Positions 28,191 to 41,244 of a stretch of DNA of 64,000 nt are shown one piece after another. Every line of letters starts with the position of its first letter. The stretch's first letter is position 1. The translations under genes were made by a program, and so were the position numbers. Source of the DNA: Bugula neritina (lineage: Eukaryota; Animalia; Bryozoa). A model generated the notes under the pieces. It saw only the letters and a list, made by a program, of their open reading frames with translations, was not told the origin of the DNA and did no database searches. The stretch covers positions 17,839,700 through 17,903,699 of the forward strand of contig OZ037768.1 in assembly GCA_964035545.1 (NCBI GenBank). Direction: 5' to 3'.

Positions 28191-28609
28191 TTCATATTTG
28201 GGTTCATAGGTGGTCAATTTGGTATGTATAACATCCATAGGGGGCTCTATGCCCATAGGGGGCTGCTCATAGGGGGCACCATGTTTGAGTGTTTTAAATT
28301 ACTCAGAACAGTCTGTTATGGTATATAGACACTATTTTGAAAATAGGCTCACAGAAGGACAATTTGATATTTTCCAATACCAGAGGGGGCTCTGTATATA
28401 TATACAAAAAGCCCCCTAGGGTATTATAAAATATCAAATTACGGAGTTGTCTTCCCAAAAACTAATGTAACGTTTTTTTCACTGTTGGAAACACTTAATT
28501 ACATTGATAATAATATAATTTCAGTTGCTATAATTGTGCCAGGGCTTAAGGTAGAACTTTTATAGAAATCTGGCCTGCATCTCTGTTAAAAAGTTATATT
28601 TGAGTTGTT

Positions 28610-30065
28610 GTGAGCTTATATATAGTATATCTGCCCCCTATGAGCCTATATATTCTATATCTGCCCCCTATGAGCCTATATATTCTATATCTGCCCCCTA
28701 TGAGCTTATATATTCTATATCTGCCCCCTATGAACTTATATATTCTATATCTGCCCCCTATGAGCCTATATATTCTATATCTGCCCCCTATGAGCCTATA
28801 TATTCTATATCTGCCCCCTATGAACTTATATATATTATATCTGCTCCCTATGAGCCTATATATTATATATCTGCCCCCTATGAGCTTATATATTCTATAT
28901 CTGCCCCCTATGAACTTATATATTCTATATCTGCCCCCTATGAGCCTATATATTCTATATCTGCCCCCTATGAACTAATAAAATCTATATCTGCCCCCTA
29001 TGAACTTATATATTCTATATCTGCCCCCTGTGAACTTATATATATTTTTATGTGCCCCCTATGAACTTATATATTATATCTGCCCCCTATGAACTTATAT
29101 ATTCTATATCTGCCCCCTATGCACCTATATATTCCATATCTGCCCCCTATGAACTTATATATATTTTATGTGCCCCCTTTCACTGTTGGAAACACTTAAT
29201 TACAGTGATAATAATATAATTTCAGTTGCTATAATTGTGCCAGGGCTTGAGGTAGAACTTGTATAGAGATCTGGCCTGCATCTCCGTTAAAAAATTATAT
29301 TTGAGTTGTTGTGAGCTTATATATTCTATATCTGCGCTCTATGAGCCTATATATTCTATATCTGCCCCCTATATGAGCCTATATATTCTATATCTGCCCC
29401 CTATGAGCTTATATATAGTATATCTGCCCCCTATGAGCTTATATATTATATCTGCCCCCTATGAACTTATATATTCTATATCTGCCCCCTATAAGCCTAT
29501 ATATTCTATATCTGCCCCCTATGAGCCTATATATTCTATATCTGCCCCCTATGAGCCTATATATTATATCTGCCCCCTATGAGCTTATATATTCTATATC
29601 TGCCCCCTATGAACCTATATATATATATATATATATATTATATCTGCCCCTTATGAGCCTATATATTCTATATCTGCCCCTATGAACTCATATATACAGT
29701 GTATATATATATTATATCTGCCCCCTATGAACCTATATATTCTATATCTGCCCCCTGTGAACTTATATATATTTTATCTGCCCCCTATGAACTTTTATAT
29801 ATATATTATATCGGCCCCCCCATGAACTTATATATATATTATATCTGCCCCCTATGAGCTTATATAATCTATATCTGCCCCCTATGAACTTGTATATATT
29901 TTATGTGCCATCTTTGAGCTCATATACTATTTATGTGCCGCTATGAGCCTAGATATGTTATATGTGCCCCTTATGAGCTCATATATGCTGCAAGTATGCG
30001 ATCCCCATAAGCCTGTGTATACTATATCTGCCCCATATGAGTTGATGTATGCTATGTGTGCCCTA
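28610..30065. repeat. 30-bp minisatellite (TATCTGCCCCCTATGAGCCTATATATTCTA) in two blocks, with a higher-order duplication
   Basis: Directly visible tandem units. The ~140-bp leader at 28478-28620 is repeated at 29180-29320. The array decays towards 30065. Confidence 0.97.
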
Positions 30066-32139
30066 TATCAGCAAGCACAGTCCACAGCGTCTGATGTGTA
30101 TCATAGTAGGTTTATTAATTTGCATATTTTTAATTTGATGTCTTTCTCTGCAATTATGACTTTCAGCTTTAGAAGTTTTTTTTGTTATATGCAGCACGTT
30201 TTCAAATTAAAAAAATTATCAACCTAAGAAGATACATACCTTTTGCTGTCTCCAATTTGCTGCTCAAATTTTTATTTTTGCTTCTGGTAGAAACAGGCAT
30301 TTTTTCTAACAATTTAGTTATAGTGTTTAAAAGTACTATATGGTTTCCCAGCAACCTTTACTTAGCTGAAATGTAACTTTCCAGTGTCAGAATAGCAGTT
30401 TTGACAAAATTTCTCGTATACATATACTGCTAGTAACAGAGAAAATTATCTGTTCCTGCAATTACTTCTACTAAGGTCTATAGAGGGAGACCACATCCCT
30501 ACAATTATGCAAAAGATAATAGACCCCCTGTAGTTTTGGGCCTAGTTTCTTTGCATCTTCATAATAATTTTAATCAGGAAACTTAAGTAAGCTTAGAAGT
30601 TTTTAATTTACTAAAATGGCTGCTAAGAGGGGTACCTTAGTTTGAACCTTATACAGAAATCCTATAATTAGCCTATTTGGCTGCAACTTCAAAAGCACTC
30701 TCATATTTATAAATTCTTTTGAAGGAGTTTACCTTCAAATACTATAATACAATAAAAAAAATTTTTAAGCTGGCTGTTCTATTTTTCTTGGTTTTGTGTT
30801 ATCTCAGTACACGCAGAGTTTATAGTCTCTATGAGAGACCTTTTTCAACTGACTGAGAGCATAATAGCTGAGATCTTGTCTGCTGTCACTACAACACGGA
30901 CTTTTATAATAGGAAATATTAAGAAATGCTTGCAGCTTACCTTTGCTATTAAATATTAGACCCTGTAGAATATAAGATAGGCCCTACTCCAAGTTTCATT
31001 CACAATAAATCTAATGGGAATCAGTAGAGATGATGAATTCAAAGTTATTAACACATATTATTGAAAACTATTTATACACGTCTTACTCTTTTTGTTGGTA
31101 GTCAAATTATATGACTAGCAAGAAGTTTAGATTTTGTTATTCACAATACTTTTTCTAGCTGCATTATTTTACTTGAAAAACTTTCAAAACAGGGAAACCA
31201 ATTCAGCAAATAGTTTTAAAGTTTGAAAAAGGCATGTAGCACCAGTGTTACACTGGTCATCCGTCTCTATAAGAGTAACAATTCAGTTTAATTCCAAATA
31301 GACAACCCCCTCCATATAGACGCCAAACAATATATTCTACTTAGACTGCCTACTGAACAGCTATATTTAAAAGCGTTAGAAAATGAAAATTGTACTTTTT
31401 ATAAATAATATGTATTTTGCTGGAAATATTTTGTTGCATGCAATTAATAGAAGCTGGGGGAAACCTTGAGTATGTCTCATGTAAACACAGTTGGAGCAAA
31501 TACACTAGCTAACTGTAGAATGGCTAAATATTTGCAGCTGTAATACCTCTAAACAATTCAACTACAAAGTAGACATGGATGTGGACATTGTGGGTATTTG
31601 GTAATTAGTATAATAGCTTAACAGTGGATTTGCTCTTATCCTTACTAAGTGACAGGCAAAGTAAGAATTTACAAAATAAAATCTTTTAACAACCTCCTAT
31701 CCCAATACATTAGGCCAGGAACTACGGCAAATTCAAATTAATGATGGGTGTCTTTAGATTGCCTAACTTTTTTGGTGCTACTTACATTTTTCTTTCCTAT
31801 ATTGAAGAAAAAACAGCCATTTAGTTTAGACTTAGCAAAGGCTAGCAACTGTAAGACATGTAGTATTAGTCAAGTAGCTAACCTGTTACACAGGAAACTT
31901 AATAAATAAAATGTTCTGCCTCAGCAAAAGAAGTTTAGGATTTTTACAACCGTGGCTCATTAAATGCTTGAATATTTTTATGTATAAACACCTAAAGTAA
32001 GTTTGTGATTTGAAATTAATAGCAAAAGGTTAGACTCAACTTATTTACTATTGCCTTTCTCGGCCTGGGCCCAACCAGGCTATGCAAACTTAATTGACTA
32101 CTAAAAGTTTATGAAGAACTCGAACAGCTGACGTGTAAA

Positions 32140-32717
32140 ACCATGTAAAAGTCAGCCGATCAGCAATGTGTACCAGGTCAACATCCCACTATTATAGTTT
32201 ATATAAAATTCTGCAAGTTCAGTTGTAAAATGCATGCTTCTAGAAAGCAGTTGTGCAACTTTTTTCAAGTGCATTACTTTATTTCATATCTTAAATTTAT
32301 GATCTCTGATGTATTTTTCAAAACAATTAAATTGAGTGTGTATAAAATGCAATTAAAAATTGTATGTCTACGAAAATGACCTGGTACACTTTTGCAGCTG
32401 AAGGCCAGTTGTTACATAACTCTTAGCTTTATTTGTTCTCTATTATACTAGTATGAACTCTTGTTCTCCAATATGCCAGCTATAGTAATGAGCCACCAGA
32501 TTTTGGTACAGAACTCTGATTAGCCGGGTTTTTGAATGGTTTTCTATTACATACATCTGATTGCCTAAATAGTGCACACTCCGTCTACATTTAAGAGGTG
32601 CAAGCTACAGGGTAGTATTATACCATCTTTCTGGTTACCAATCTTTTGTTCACAATAGGCTATTCAGCAAAGATTTTATGGCATGTAAGCCATGGGAACT
32701 ATCAACCCTCTCTGCTG
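32140..32717. repeat. Left arm of a ~580-bp inverted repeat
   Basis: Reverse complement of 33950-34528 with scattered substitutions and small indels. Confidence 0.95.
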
Positions 32718-32754
32718 TATATATTTTAGCTTGTAATAGCAAGTCTACATCACA

Positions 32755-33660
32755 GTGTTACTACCAATATTCTCATATAAACTTATTCAATTTTCTTCAG
32801 ATAATAAAATCCCTCCTTCACTCATAGAAAATAACAAGCAATCATTCAATGATTTAGCTTTGGTAAACTATCATGTACAGTTTTTAAATGCATTTCTTTT
32901 AGACTACCCTATTCTTCAGCTTACCAATACCATAACTTAAAAAATTTGTATTGCAGCTTATGCTAAGCCTGAGTTGGCCGTTTCTGAACCTAAAATACTG
33001 TTTGTCTCTTATATATGGACAATAGGTTGAACTAATCCTATTATATTTACTTGCAGGATTTAAAATGCAAAGTTTAGCAACAACATTGTTTTTTTTTTCA
33101 ATGAATTATAAACACATAAATTATTGGTGTAGAGAAATTGCAATTTATGCTGCTTATGATAACATAATGTTTTTACGCGATCTAATCTCATAGCTTTAAA
33201 ATATAGTAAGAAATTTTTTATGAAAGTACTGCATTTCATCAGTTATAGAGAAAGTACTAGACTTCATCAGTTATAGAGGGTGGCTGCAGATTGCAGAGAT
33301 CCCAGCAGACAATAGGACTTTCAAGAAATGCTAGCTGAAGGCTTTACCCAATACTTTACCATTCAAACATAATGTAATGGGTGTCAACATGCATTACATA
33401 ATGTTGCGACTATGCATAGTAATCTGGCTGTATGAGACAAGGCTTTGTTCATGAATTTAAGCAAATACTTCTGACAAACAACTATTGCTTTACTTAGTAG
33501 CTGGTTTAAACCCATGCAGCTATAACAACAATAATTTTAATGAATGTTGTGTTTAAGCAATGGGTATAAATCATTCTTACTTTAAACACTGAAGTATTAC
33601 CGGGCAATGACTAGTAATGAGGTGGTCACTTTTGATAGACTTTAAAGACAAGTATAAATG
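32755..33660 (+). pseudogene. Degenerate DDE transposase core (hAT/P/MULE-group-like)
   Basis: One frame reads RVAADCRDPSRQ*DFQEMLAEGFTQYFTIQT*CNGCQHALHNVA (33277-33408). LVMRWSLLIDF follows near 33611-33643 in a shifted frame. Multiple stops. Confidence 0.5.
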
Positions 33661-33949
33661 AAGCTAATTTACTCCTAAAAAAAATTGCAACCAAAAAAGT
33701 TTATTCTTTACTGAGTATAGGGTTGTCGCATGTTAAATTATAGCCTTAACTAAATAAGTCAAGACAGCAAGTGAACTACTTTAGGTGATAGATGAATACT
33801 CTATATAAAACATCTTTTCTAAATATGTAAACTGCTAAACCCTACAGATAAATAATAAATACATGTGGTTTAACTACTAATGTTTATTGAAACAATTTCA
33901 AAGTTTAGGAGAAAGAACTATAATGAGACAGATGCATAAGCAATATTAG

Positions 33950-34528
33950 CAGCAGTGATGGTTGATTTAACCTCTTTAGTAGTTCCCATGGCTTACATGC
34001 CATAAAATCCTTGCTGAATAGCCTATTTACTATTGTGAACAAAAGATTGGTAAACAGAAAGATGGTATAATACTACCCTGTAGCTTGCATCATGTAAAGG
34101 TAGACGGAGTGTACACTATTCAGGCAATCAGATGTATGTAATAGAAAACCATTCAAAAACCCAGCTAATCAGAGTTCTGTACCAAAAGCTGGCATATTGG
34201 AGAACAAGAGTTCACACTAGTATAATAGAGAACAAATGAAGCTAAGAGTTTTGTAACAACTGGCCTTCAGCTGCAAAAGTGTACCAGGTCATTTTTTTAG
34301 ACATACAATTTTTAATTGCATTTTATACACACTTACTTTAGATGTTTTGAAAATACATCAGAGTGTCATAAATTTAAGATATGAAATAAAGTAATGCACT
34401 TAAAAAAAGTTGCACAACTGCTTTCTAGAAGCATGCATTTTGCAACTGAACTTGCAGAATTTTATATAAGCTATAATAGTGGGGTGTTGACCTGGTACAC
34501 TTTGCTGATTGGCTGACTTTTACATGGT
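33950..34528. repeat. Right arm of the ~580-bp inverted repeat
   Basis: TAGTTCCCATGGCTTACATGCCATAAAATC...GGCTGACTTTTACATGGT pairs with the left arm. Confidence 0.95.
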
Positions 34529-37500
34529 CTAAGTAATTTTAGAGGTAATGGCTTTCATTATAGAGCTAATAACAGGCTCCAACCTTATAGAGATACACAA
34601 AGGGCTACATAAGGACAACAACAACTACAATAAGTATAACATAGGACATGAAGTTTGAAGCAATTTTGCTGGCAATTCCCCAAAGAATTAATATTATACC
34701 TAACTAATGTAAACTCTAAACACATTTTTTCAACTTGCTAAAACTTCATACCAGCAAGAAATCTTTTTAACGAAGATAAATTGCATTTTGTAAAACTGTT
34801 TGATGTTGCCGTGCAGCTCTGGCTGAATAATGAAACATAGAGCAAGCCATTTATTTTGCAAAACTCATCATAAAGTACAGAATAAATCATGAAAAGTTGT
34901 ATAATTTTGTATTTTATATCAAAAAAAGTTTTTTTTAGTTAAATTAACATTTCAGTTGTGGAAAGAACAACTGTTATATTATTGTTTCTAATAGTTTCAC
35001 TTGAAGCTTTCATGCAGTGTAGCAGTGTTTGTTCTATCTATTCAGTCAGTTACCTAATTATTTATTAGTTTGTAGGCTGTTCTATTTACTCTAGGCCCTA
35101 GGCTTTAAGAATGAAGAACTAGCACTATCTAGCACCATCTAGCACTTGTAACCTATTGATAGTCCAGGGTGCTTTACTTGCCATACTCTGGCTTGCAGAC
35201 AGAGGATTCAAATTGCTTTTTATGACTAGATACCTGTTACATTTTGCTCTTACAAGATAAATCAATTTTAAAATATTCTCAAAGTAAAAACATGTTTAAT
35301 GGTAGCACCATACATTGTTGTTCAGTTTGTATCTCTACCCCAATATTCTGCATTATTGTCTTCTATCAATTTGTGAAAAGAGCTACTGAAAGAGCTTTTT
35401 ATGAAACTTAAAACAAATTGAAACATTTACCCAATACTCAACTTACTGGATTGCTCTCTATCATGGTAGGCTATCAACAAAGCAAGCCAAAATTGCTTAT
35501 TCTGAAGTTTAGCTTTTGTGAAAATTGGCAAGCTTTAGTTAATAACCTGTAATTATATAGCCAAGTTGTTTAATTAAGATTTAAAGTAGCATTGTGTTAC
35601 ACACAATAGTTTCTGAAAATAATTGAAAGAAAAATTTAATAATATATTACTATAAACTTTCCCGAGGAAAGTCTTGCTGATGTTTATAAAGCATGCATTA
35701 AACATTCTGTATTTCAATGGAAGATGACTTACACATTGTAGAAGGAAAGTTGTTTACTTGTCTTAGTTTACAAGGCTATGTCGTAATGCTAGTAGTAGAC
35801 TGATACCCAAACAAAAAAAATAAGAACAAATCTGGTGCTTGTCATAAATATTACGTTAATTTGTCTCTCTAGCATTAGGACAAAAAGAGAGATAAACCAG
35901 TTGCATATATAGTGCGATTGAGCATAAACTGCTATCCTAGCTTACAAATTTTTGAGTGCCAATATTTGAATTGTCAATATATTTATGCCAGGTAAGGCCA
36001 GTAAGAAAATGTAGTTTACCAGTACAAGATTAAATAAAAAGTACGTAAAAGCAGTAACAGAGACGGGTTCTGAAACGTCTGCTCATGCAAACAAAATGCC
36101 CAATTGCTAAGAGTTGGGAGCAGTTTTGAAGAAGCTTGTATATTATACCACTAATTGTTAACATTAAACCTATAAAAGTTACTGCTAAAGATTGAAAAAA
36201 AATCAAGGCACATTCAGAAGCTTGCTAATATATTTCTTTTGAAGCTATTGCAATTAAAGAGTAATTTGTAGTGTAATTGCTGCATTTCTAGCCAACAAAA
36301 AGTTTCAATAGCTTATAAAAGGCTAGACAACATGGTTTTCAAATTTTGTTTTAGTACGCATAGCTTCAGGTTTTTTAAAAAGCACTATTTTATATATTAG
36401 CAACTGTGAAAGATATAGTTAGGGGTTGCTCTTATTTGTGCTCCGTAAAGCATTTAAAAAAAGAACTCAGATATGGCTTTGAGAAGAAAGAGCATATAAT
36501 TAGTAGCCTTACATTCAGCTTTAACTCAATATATTTTACTGAAGCGTTGAGTTAATCTTTATAGACTTTAGAGCATATGAAAGTGTACTAGCCGACTGTT
36601 TTGTGTGCACTATAGCAAAGAATCACAGTTCAAAGTACATTTTCAGATATAAATGATTGTGAAAAATATATTTTAATTGGTTTAATCCTATCATATATTA
36701 CAAGTCTCTTTGTTATGTAAATTCAAATAGAATACTATAATTATTTTGAAATAAATATTAAAACATTATCAGCCTATTGTGCATTAGTACTTCAAATAAT
36801 ATTAGCAATGACAAAAATATTAGTAGGACATTTTGTTCTCATATGATGCATCATGAAGATGAAGTGCAGAAAATGTGCTAATATTCTTAAGATTAGTTTA
36901 AAGCAATGGTGTTCTGCGTGTTCTTTAATGATTGATTACAAACAGTGCCCTCAAATTGCCATCTATATAACTGTTCAAAGAATCACTGAGGCAAACTTTT
37001 AAGAAATCTGCAAAATACTGTACCTATACGGTTGATTTAATAAAAGGAATAGCTAGTAAAACTTAAAAAATAAGCCTTTGAAGCAAATCGTTTAGCATCT
37101 GGTAAATAGAAGTGCATACCTGGCCGTTTTTTTTTAGTAATACCTATATAGTGGTGCTATCTATCCAATTGTTTTTTATTAAAAGACTTTAGAACATATA
37201 GCTAGTTTAGAAATTAGTTTTATCTTGCTTTGTCCGAATTATAGTAGGTATATGCATGGTAGCTAAATGAACTTAACACACATATTTTTTAATACAGGAA
37301 AATACTATAGATATTAGATATTACAGTATAAACTGGCTGCATTCAAATTGAGTAATTTGTAAAATAAAATATACATTATATGTTTCATTAATTCTTTAAG
37401 TATACAATATAGGCTTATAATAATTTGAGGCGACTTTTAATTAGTTAATTATATCTGTATTTTGTCAACTAACTGCTATTCTATTTTTGCTATTACAATA

Positions 37501-38125
37501 TTTTACTTCACTTGCTTATTGAATGACGTGCAATTTCTTTTTCAAAGTACTTGTTTTTACAGTTTAAAATTATATAAACTTGGTTCAATTTAATTGAACT
37601 TTTCCTGTTATATAAAAATATATATATATATACAACTTTCATTACCTGAACAAAACATAAGAATAAGCAAAACATCAACAAATGTAATGAGGATGATACA
37701 GGGTGCACTTCGAATTATTAGACATGAAAATCCTTATTCGATTTTAAAAAGGAAATACATAACATAGGAAATTGAAGTGTAATTTTTTTTATTTTGAATG
37801 CATGGCTATATTAGTTTCTTACAGAGATTAATGGCATAGTGTGAATAGAAGTTGAAAAATAATTTTTTTTAACTGAAATTGTTGGAGAATTAATTATAGC
37901 AGACAAAGTAGAACCAAACCAATTGAGTTTCTATACTTTGCATAGTACAAATGTAATATAGCTTTTATTACTCAAAAGGTAAAAATGAGAAGACAATTTC
38001 AAAGAAAATAAATATGATATATTCTGATAACAGAGGGGGCTCTGTTTATAGGCCCCCTATGGTATCAAAATATACCAAATGCATATAAGCCCCCTATGAG
38101 CAGCCCCCTATGAAACCACATTTAA

Positions 38126-38128
<3 letters not shown>

Positions 38129-38202
<74 letters not shown>
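38129..38202. repeat. (TA)n microsatellite
   Basis: Perfect TA run. Confidence 0.99.
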
Positions 38203-38206
<4 letters not shown>

Positions 38207-38343
38207 TAATGAACGATAAAATTTGATTTAAAGCACTTTATTACTACTACTTTCATGTGCATAGAATGTACACAATCTTCAGATAAAATGTTAAGATGTG
38301 GTGCATGAGTGCATTGAGGTCTCTTTAGTGGTAAACTATACAC

Positions 38344-38348
<5 letters not shown>
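38203..38348 (-). mobile_element. Solo Penelope-like pLTR fragment with a degenerate hammerhead motif, between (TA)n arrays
   Basis: Similar to 43699-43810 (ATAAAATTTGATT...TTTATTACT...TTTC...GTGCA...TCAGATAAAAT). Minus strand has CTGAAGA...GAAA...GTA. Confidence 0.65.
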
Positions 38349-38389
<41 letters not shown>

Positions 38390-38603
38390 ATTATATATAT
38401 GGAAAACACCCAACTTAGTGCACTTTAACTTGATAAGATGAACAAAGGGTGATATAAACAACCAAAATAAGCATAAAATAACCATTTAAGAAGCTTTAAC
38501 TTTTATGTAAATTAAATATGGGGAAACCAAAGTAATGAATAAAAATAGAGTTTAATATAGCAAATAAAAATCATAATTTAGAATACTATTCTTATCAAAG
38601 TTT

Positions 38604-38788
38604 TATAGTCACTATTCCTTGTGAGAAACCATGATGAAAAGGGTTTTTGTTGAATCGGGCTAAAGACTTATTTACAGATGGGGCACCGTAGCAATCATGA
38701 CTGGATGCTCTTCTTAACATCACCAAATTGGCCGTTGTCAGGGTTCGAACCCATGAGTTAATCATAACTGCTAGACATCGGCTGCTCC
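38604..38788 (-). mobile_element. tRNA-derived SINE, family A (head partly deleted)
   Basis: GCAATCATGACTGGATGCTCTTCTTAACATCACCAA...GGGTTCGAACCCATGA aligns with the copy at 11251. Confidence 0.7.
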
Positions 38789-39834
38789 TTAAACAAATTA
38801 AATCAAATAGTATCAGTTCGTCAAACCACACTTCCTTCTCTCATGCTCCCATGGTGCTCTATTAATTCTATTAGTGGTAGCTATAAATAGGTTAAAAATA
38901 TTATGTGAAAACATGCTATGTTAAACTAACAATATGTATGAAACAGACTCTTCTCAGGTTGTTGCAAATCTTACATCATTCTGCATGAACACATTTTGGA
39001 GGCTTGATAAGCTAATAAAAAACAAATTAACAATAAACAATAGGTGTTATAGTTTGTCTCAAAAGTTGCTTTAAATATAAATAAATAAAAACAAATCTTG
39101 ACATGATGCAGGCCATGTCTACTTGGTTTATTGTTTACCGAAAACAAATAGAAGCTAAGATATAGAACTGAGTATATACTAGGGGTTGTCTATTATACCT
39201 GTTTTAGGCATTTCACAAAACTATCTCGACTTTAAGTATTTTCTTTCTTGAAAACAGTTTATGGAAAAAATGTAGATGCTCCAAAAACATTGTTCGTTGC
39301 CTACATGCAGACACTAAAATGTACTTTGATTGTTTTTCATTTGTTTTAAAAAGAATTAGGTCAATAACTATTTCAACACAATGTTATCATTTTATCAACC
39401 AAAAACTCCATATAACTCCAAATAAAACTAAAACATGTATTCTGTTGTACTAAATATAGATAATCATGAATTTATTCTAAAAAAGTTGAACGAAATGAAC
39501 TTGTGAACTTTACACAAATCAATAACACTGTACTTATTTGAGAAAATAAATTATTGAAAACAAACAAAATATTTAATGGTTTCTTGTTTTATTAAATTTG
39601 TTAAGATTCAATTTAATGTGAAATTAGATGAAACCAGTCAGAGTTCAAACATTTAAAACCTGTTTTTTAAGTTTGTAAATGAATACAACAGACAGTTTTT
39701 AGTTTGCCATGCAGTGCCACATCATCAACATCAATGGAATTTGCTTTAAATAAAGAATGGCTCACATTCCTCAAATTTTCTTTCTTGTTTGTTATAGTAG
39801 CATGGCAGGTATAATTTACATGATCTTAAAATAT

Positions 39835-41244
39835 TCATAGATCGGAATTGCATGCAACATTCTTCTGATTGACTGTATGTTTAGCTTTAACATGCCGAGA
39901 GAGATTACTCCTGTCCCTAAACATACTACCACATTTTGTGCAACTATATGGTTTCTCTTTTGTGTGTGTTCTCATGTGACCATTTAAATGAGATATTTGT
40001 CTAAACCTCATTTTACAGATTTCGCATTCATATGGTTTTTCTCCTGTGTGTAACCTTTCATGAGTAATTAAATTAACATTTAATGTGAAACTCTTCCCGC
40101 ACACGCCACATCTGTATGGTTTTTCTCCCGTGTGTATCCTTGCATGAGGAGCTAAATGAGAACTCTGGGTGAAAGTTTTTCCACACACTTCACATTTGTA
40201 TGGTTTCTCTTTTGTGTGTGTTCTCATGTGAATGTTTAAAGTAACTTTTTGTCTAAACTTATTTTTACAGACTTCACATTTGTAAGGTTTTTCTTCGGTG
40301 TGTAATCTGTGTAATCTTGCATGACGAGTTAAGTTAGAAGTGTGTGGAAAAGTTTTCCCACACACTTCACATTTGTATGGCTTTCCTCTAGTGTGGACTC
40401 TCATGTGGGCAATAAGGAAACAATTGTAGCTGAATAGCTTTCCACATTCTGTACACTTGTAAGGTGTTTTTGTGTTGTGGATCCTCTTGTGACGACTCAG
40501 TGTAGATTTTTGAGCAAATGCTTCACTGCAATAACTGCAATTGTACAGTTTTTTTCTAGTATGGATCTTCATATTATGTCTGGTCAATTGCTGACTCTTA
40601 CTAAATGACATTTTACACTCGACACATTTATATGGGTTGTCTTCTCTATTTTGTATCAAGTTCCAAGTTTTAGTAAGATCTATTTTTCTACACTCACTTT
40701 GCTGGTTAAGCCTTTCTTCGGTGTGCGACTTGTTCCCTATAAAAAAATTCATAGAGTTAGGAAGTTGTTCTCTCATTTTAGTGGACTGATATGACTTTTC
40801 CTCCTTTTTATTTTCTTTATCTGCATCCGAGTGTATTCTCTGTGTAGTTTCTTCCTCACAATCTGTACATATTTGAGGCTGTTGATCACATTCTATCTTA
40901 TCAAGGCTGATTAAAGCTCCCAGATAAATGAAAATTTTTTTACACTTGGTGCAAGTGTTTGGCTTCACTTTGTTGTTATCTCTCATCTGTTTGGCTAAGC
41001 TTGTTATTTCTAAGTTTCTTTCTTCACAGATAGATGTACGCTTAACACTCTGTTCCTGAACAGGCACGCCTAGATTACTTCTCTCTTCTAACATATTTTC
41101 ACCTGTAAATAAAATATTCTCAGTATCACACTTTCTGTGAGTTTTCTTATCTTTTCTTTTCTCTAAATCTTTTCCTTTTTTAAAATCTAAACAAGGATGC
41201 TCCAACTTTTTATTTTCTTGTCTTGTCATGATCTCACTCATCAT
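39835..41244 (-). CDS. C2H2 zinc-finger protein, 469 aa, nine tandem fingers, single coding exon
   Basis: Uninterrupted ORF with CxxC...HxxxH repeats and TGEKPY/TKEKPY linkers. Degenerate finger remnants in the N-terminal half. Splice acceptor-like sequence just upstream of the ATG. Confidence 0.92.
   Translation of the reverse strand: MMSEIMTRQENKKLEHPCLDFKKGKDLEKRKDKKTHRKCDTENILFTGENMLEERSNLGVPVQEQSVKRTSICEERNLEITSLAKQMRDNNKVKPNTCTKCKKIFIYLGALISLDKIECDQQPQICTDCEEETTQRIHSDADKENKKEEKSYQSTKMREQLPNSMNFFIGNKSHTEERLNQQSECRKIDLTKTWNLIQNREDNPYKCVECKMSFSKSQQLTRHNMKIHTRKKLYNCSYCSEAFAQKSTLSRHKRIHNTKTPYKCTECGKLFSYNCFLIAHMRVHTRGKPYKCEVCGKTFPHTSNLTRHARLHRLHTEEKPYKCEVCKNKFRQKVTLNIHMRTHTKEKPYKCEVCGKTFTQSSHLAPHARIHTGEKPYRCGVCGKSFTLNVNLITHERLHTGEKPYECEICKMRFRQISHLNGHMRTHTKEKPYSCTKCGSMFRDRSNLSRHVKAKHTVNQKNVACNSDL

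Larger units (their letters stand above)
28189..38128 (+). mobile_element. Putative ~10-kb decayed DNA transposon between (TA)n arrays
   Basis: 28254-28277 (CATAGGGGGCTGCTCATAGGGGGC) is an exact inverted match to 38089-38112. Related subterminal palindromes lie at 28361-28440 and 38011-38080. Internal degenerate coding sequence has CxxH and RW motifs. Confidence 0.65.

Noticed and set aside
28600-29685. ORFs with ISAPYEPIYS / LYLPPMSLYI repeats
   Set aside because: Translations of the 30-bp minisatellite, open only because the unit lacks stops in those frames.
28610-30065. CRISPR-like array
   Set aside because: Head-to-tail repeats with no unique spacers, no cas genes, eukaryotic context.
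35340-35410. RATERAF as the catalytic Glu (ERxFS) motif of the transposase
   Set aside because: Short match in a stop-rich frame, too weak without a consensus.
36570-36860. Ulp1-like protease remnant in the 10-kb element (GHFVL)
   Set aside because: No recognisable Asp or Q-x-N-x-x-D-C-G motif found.
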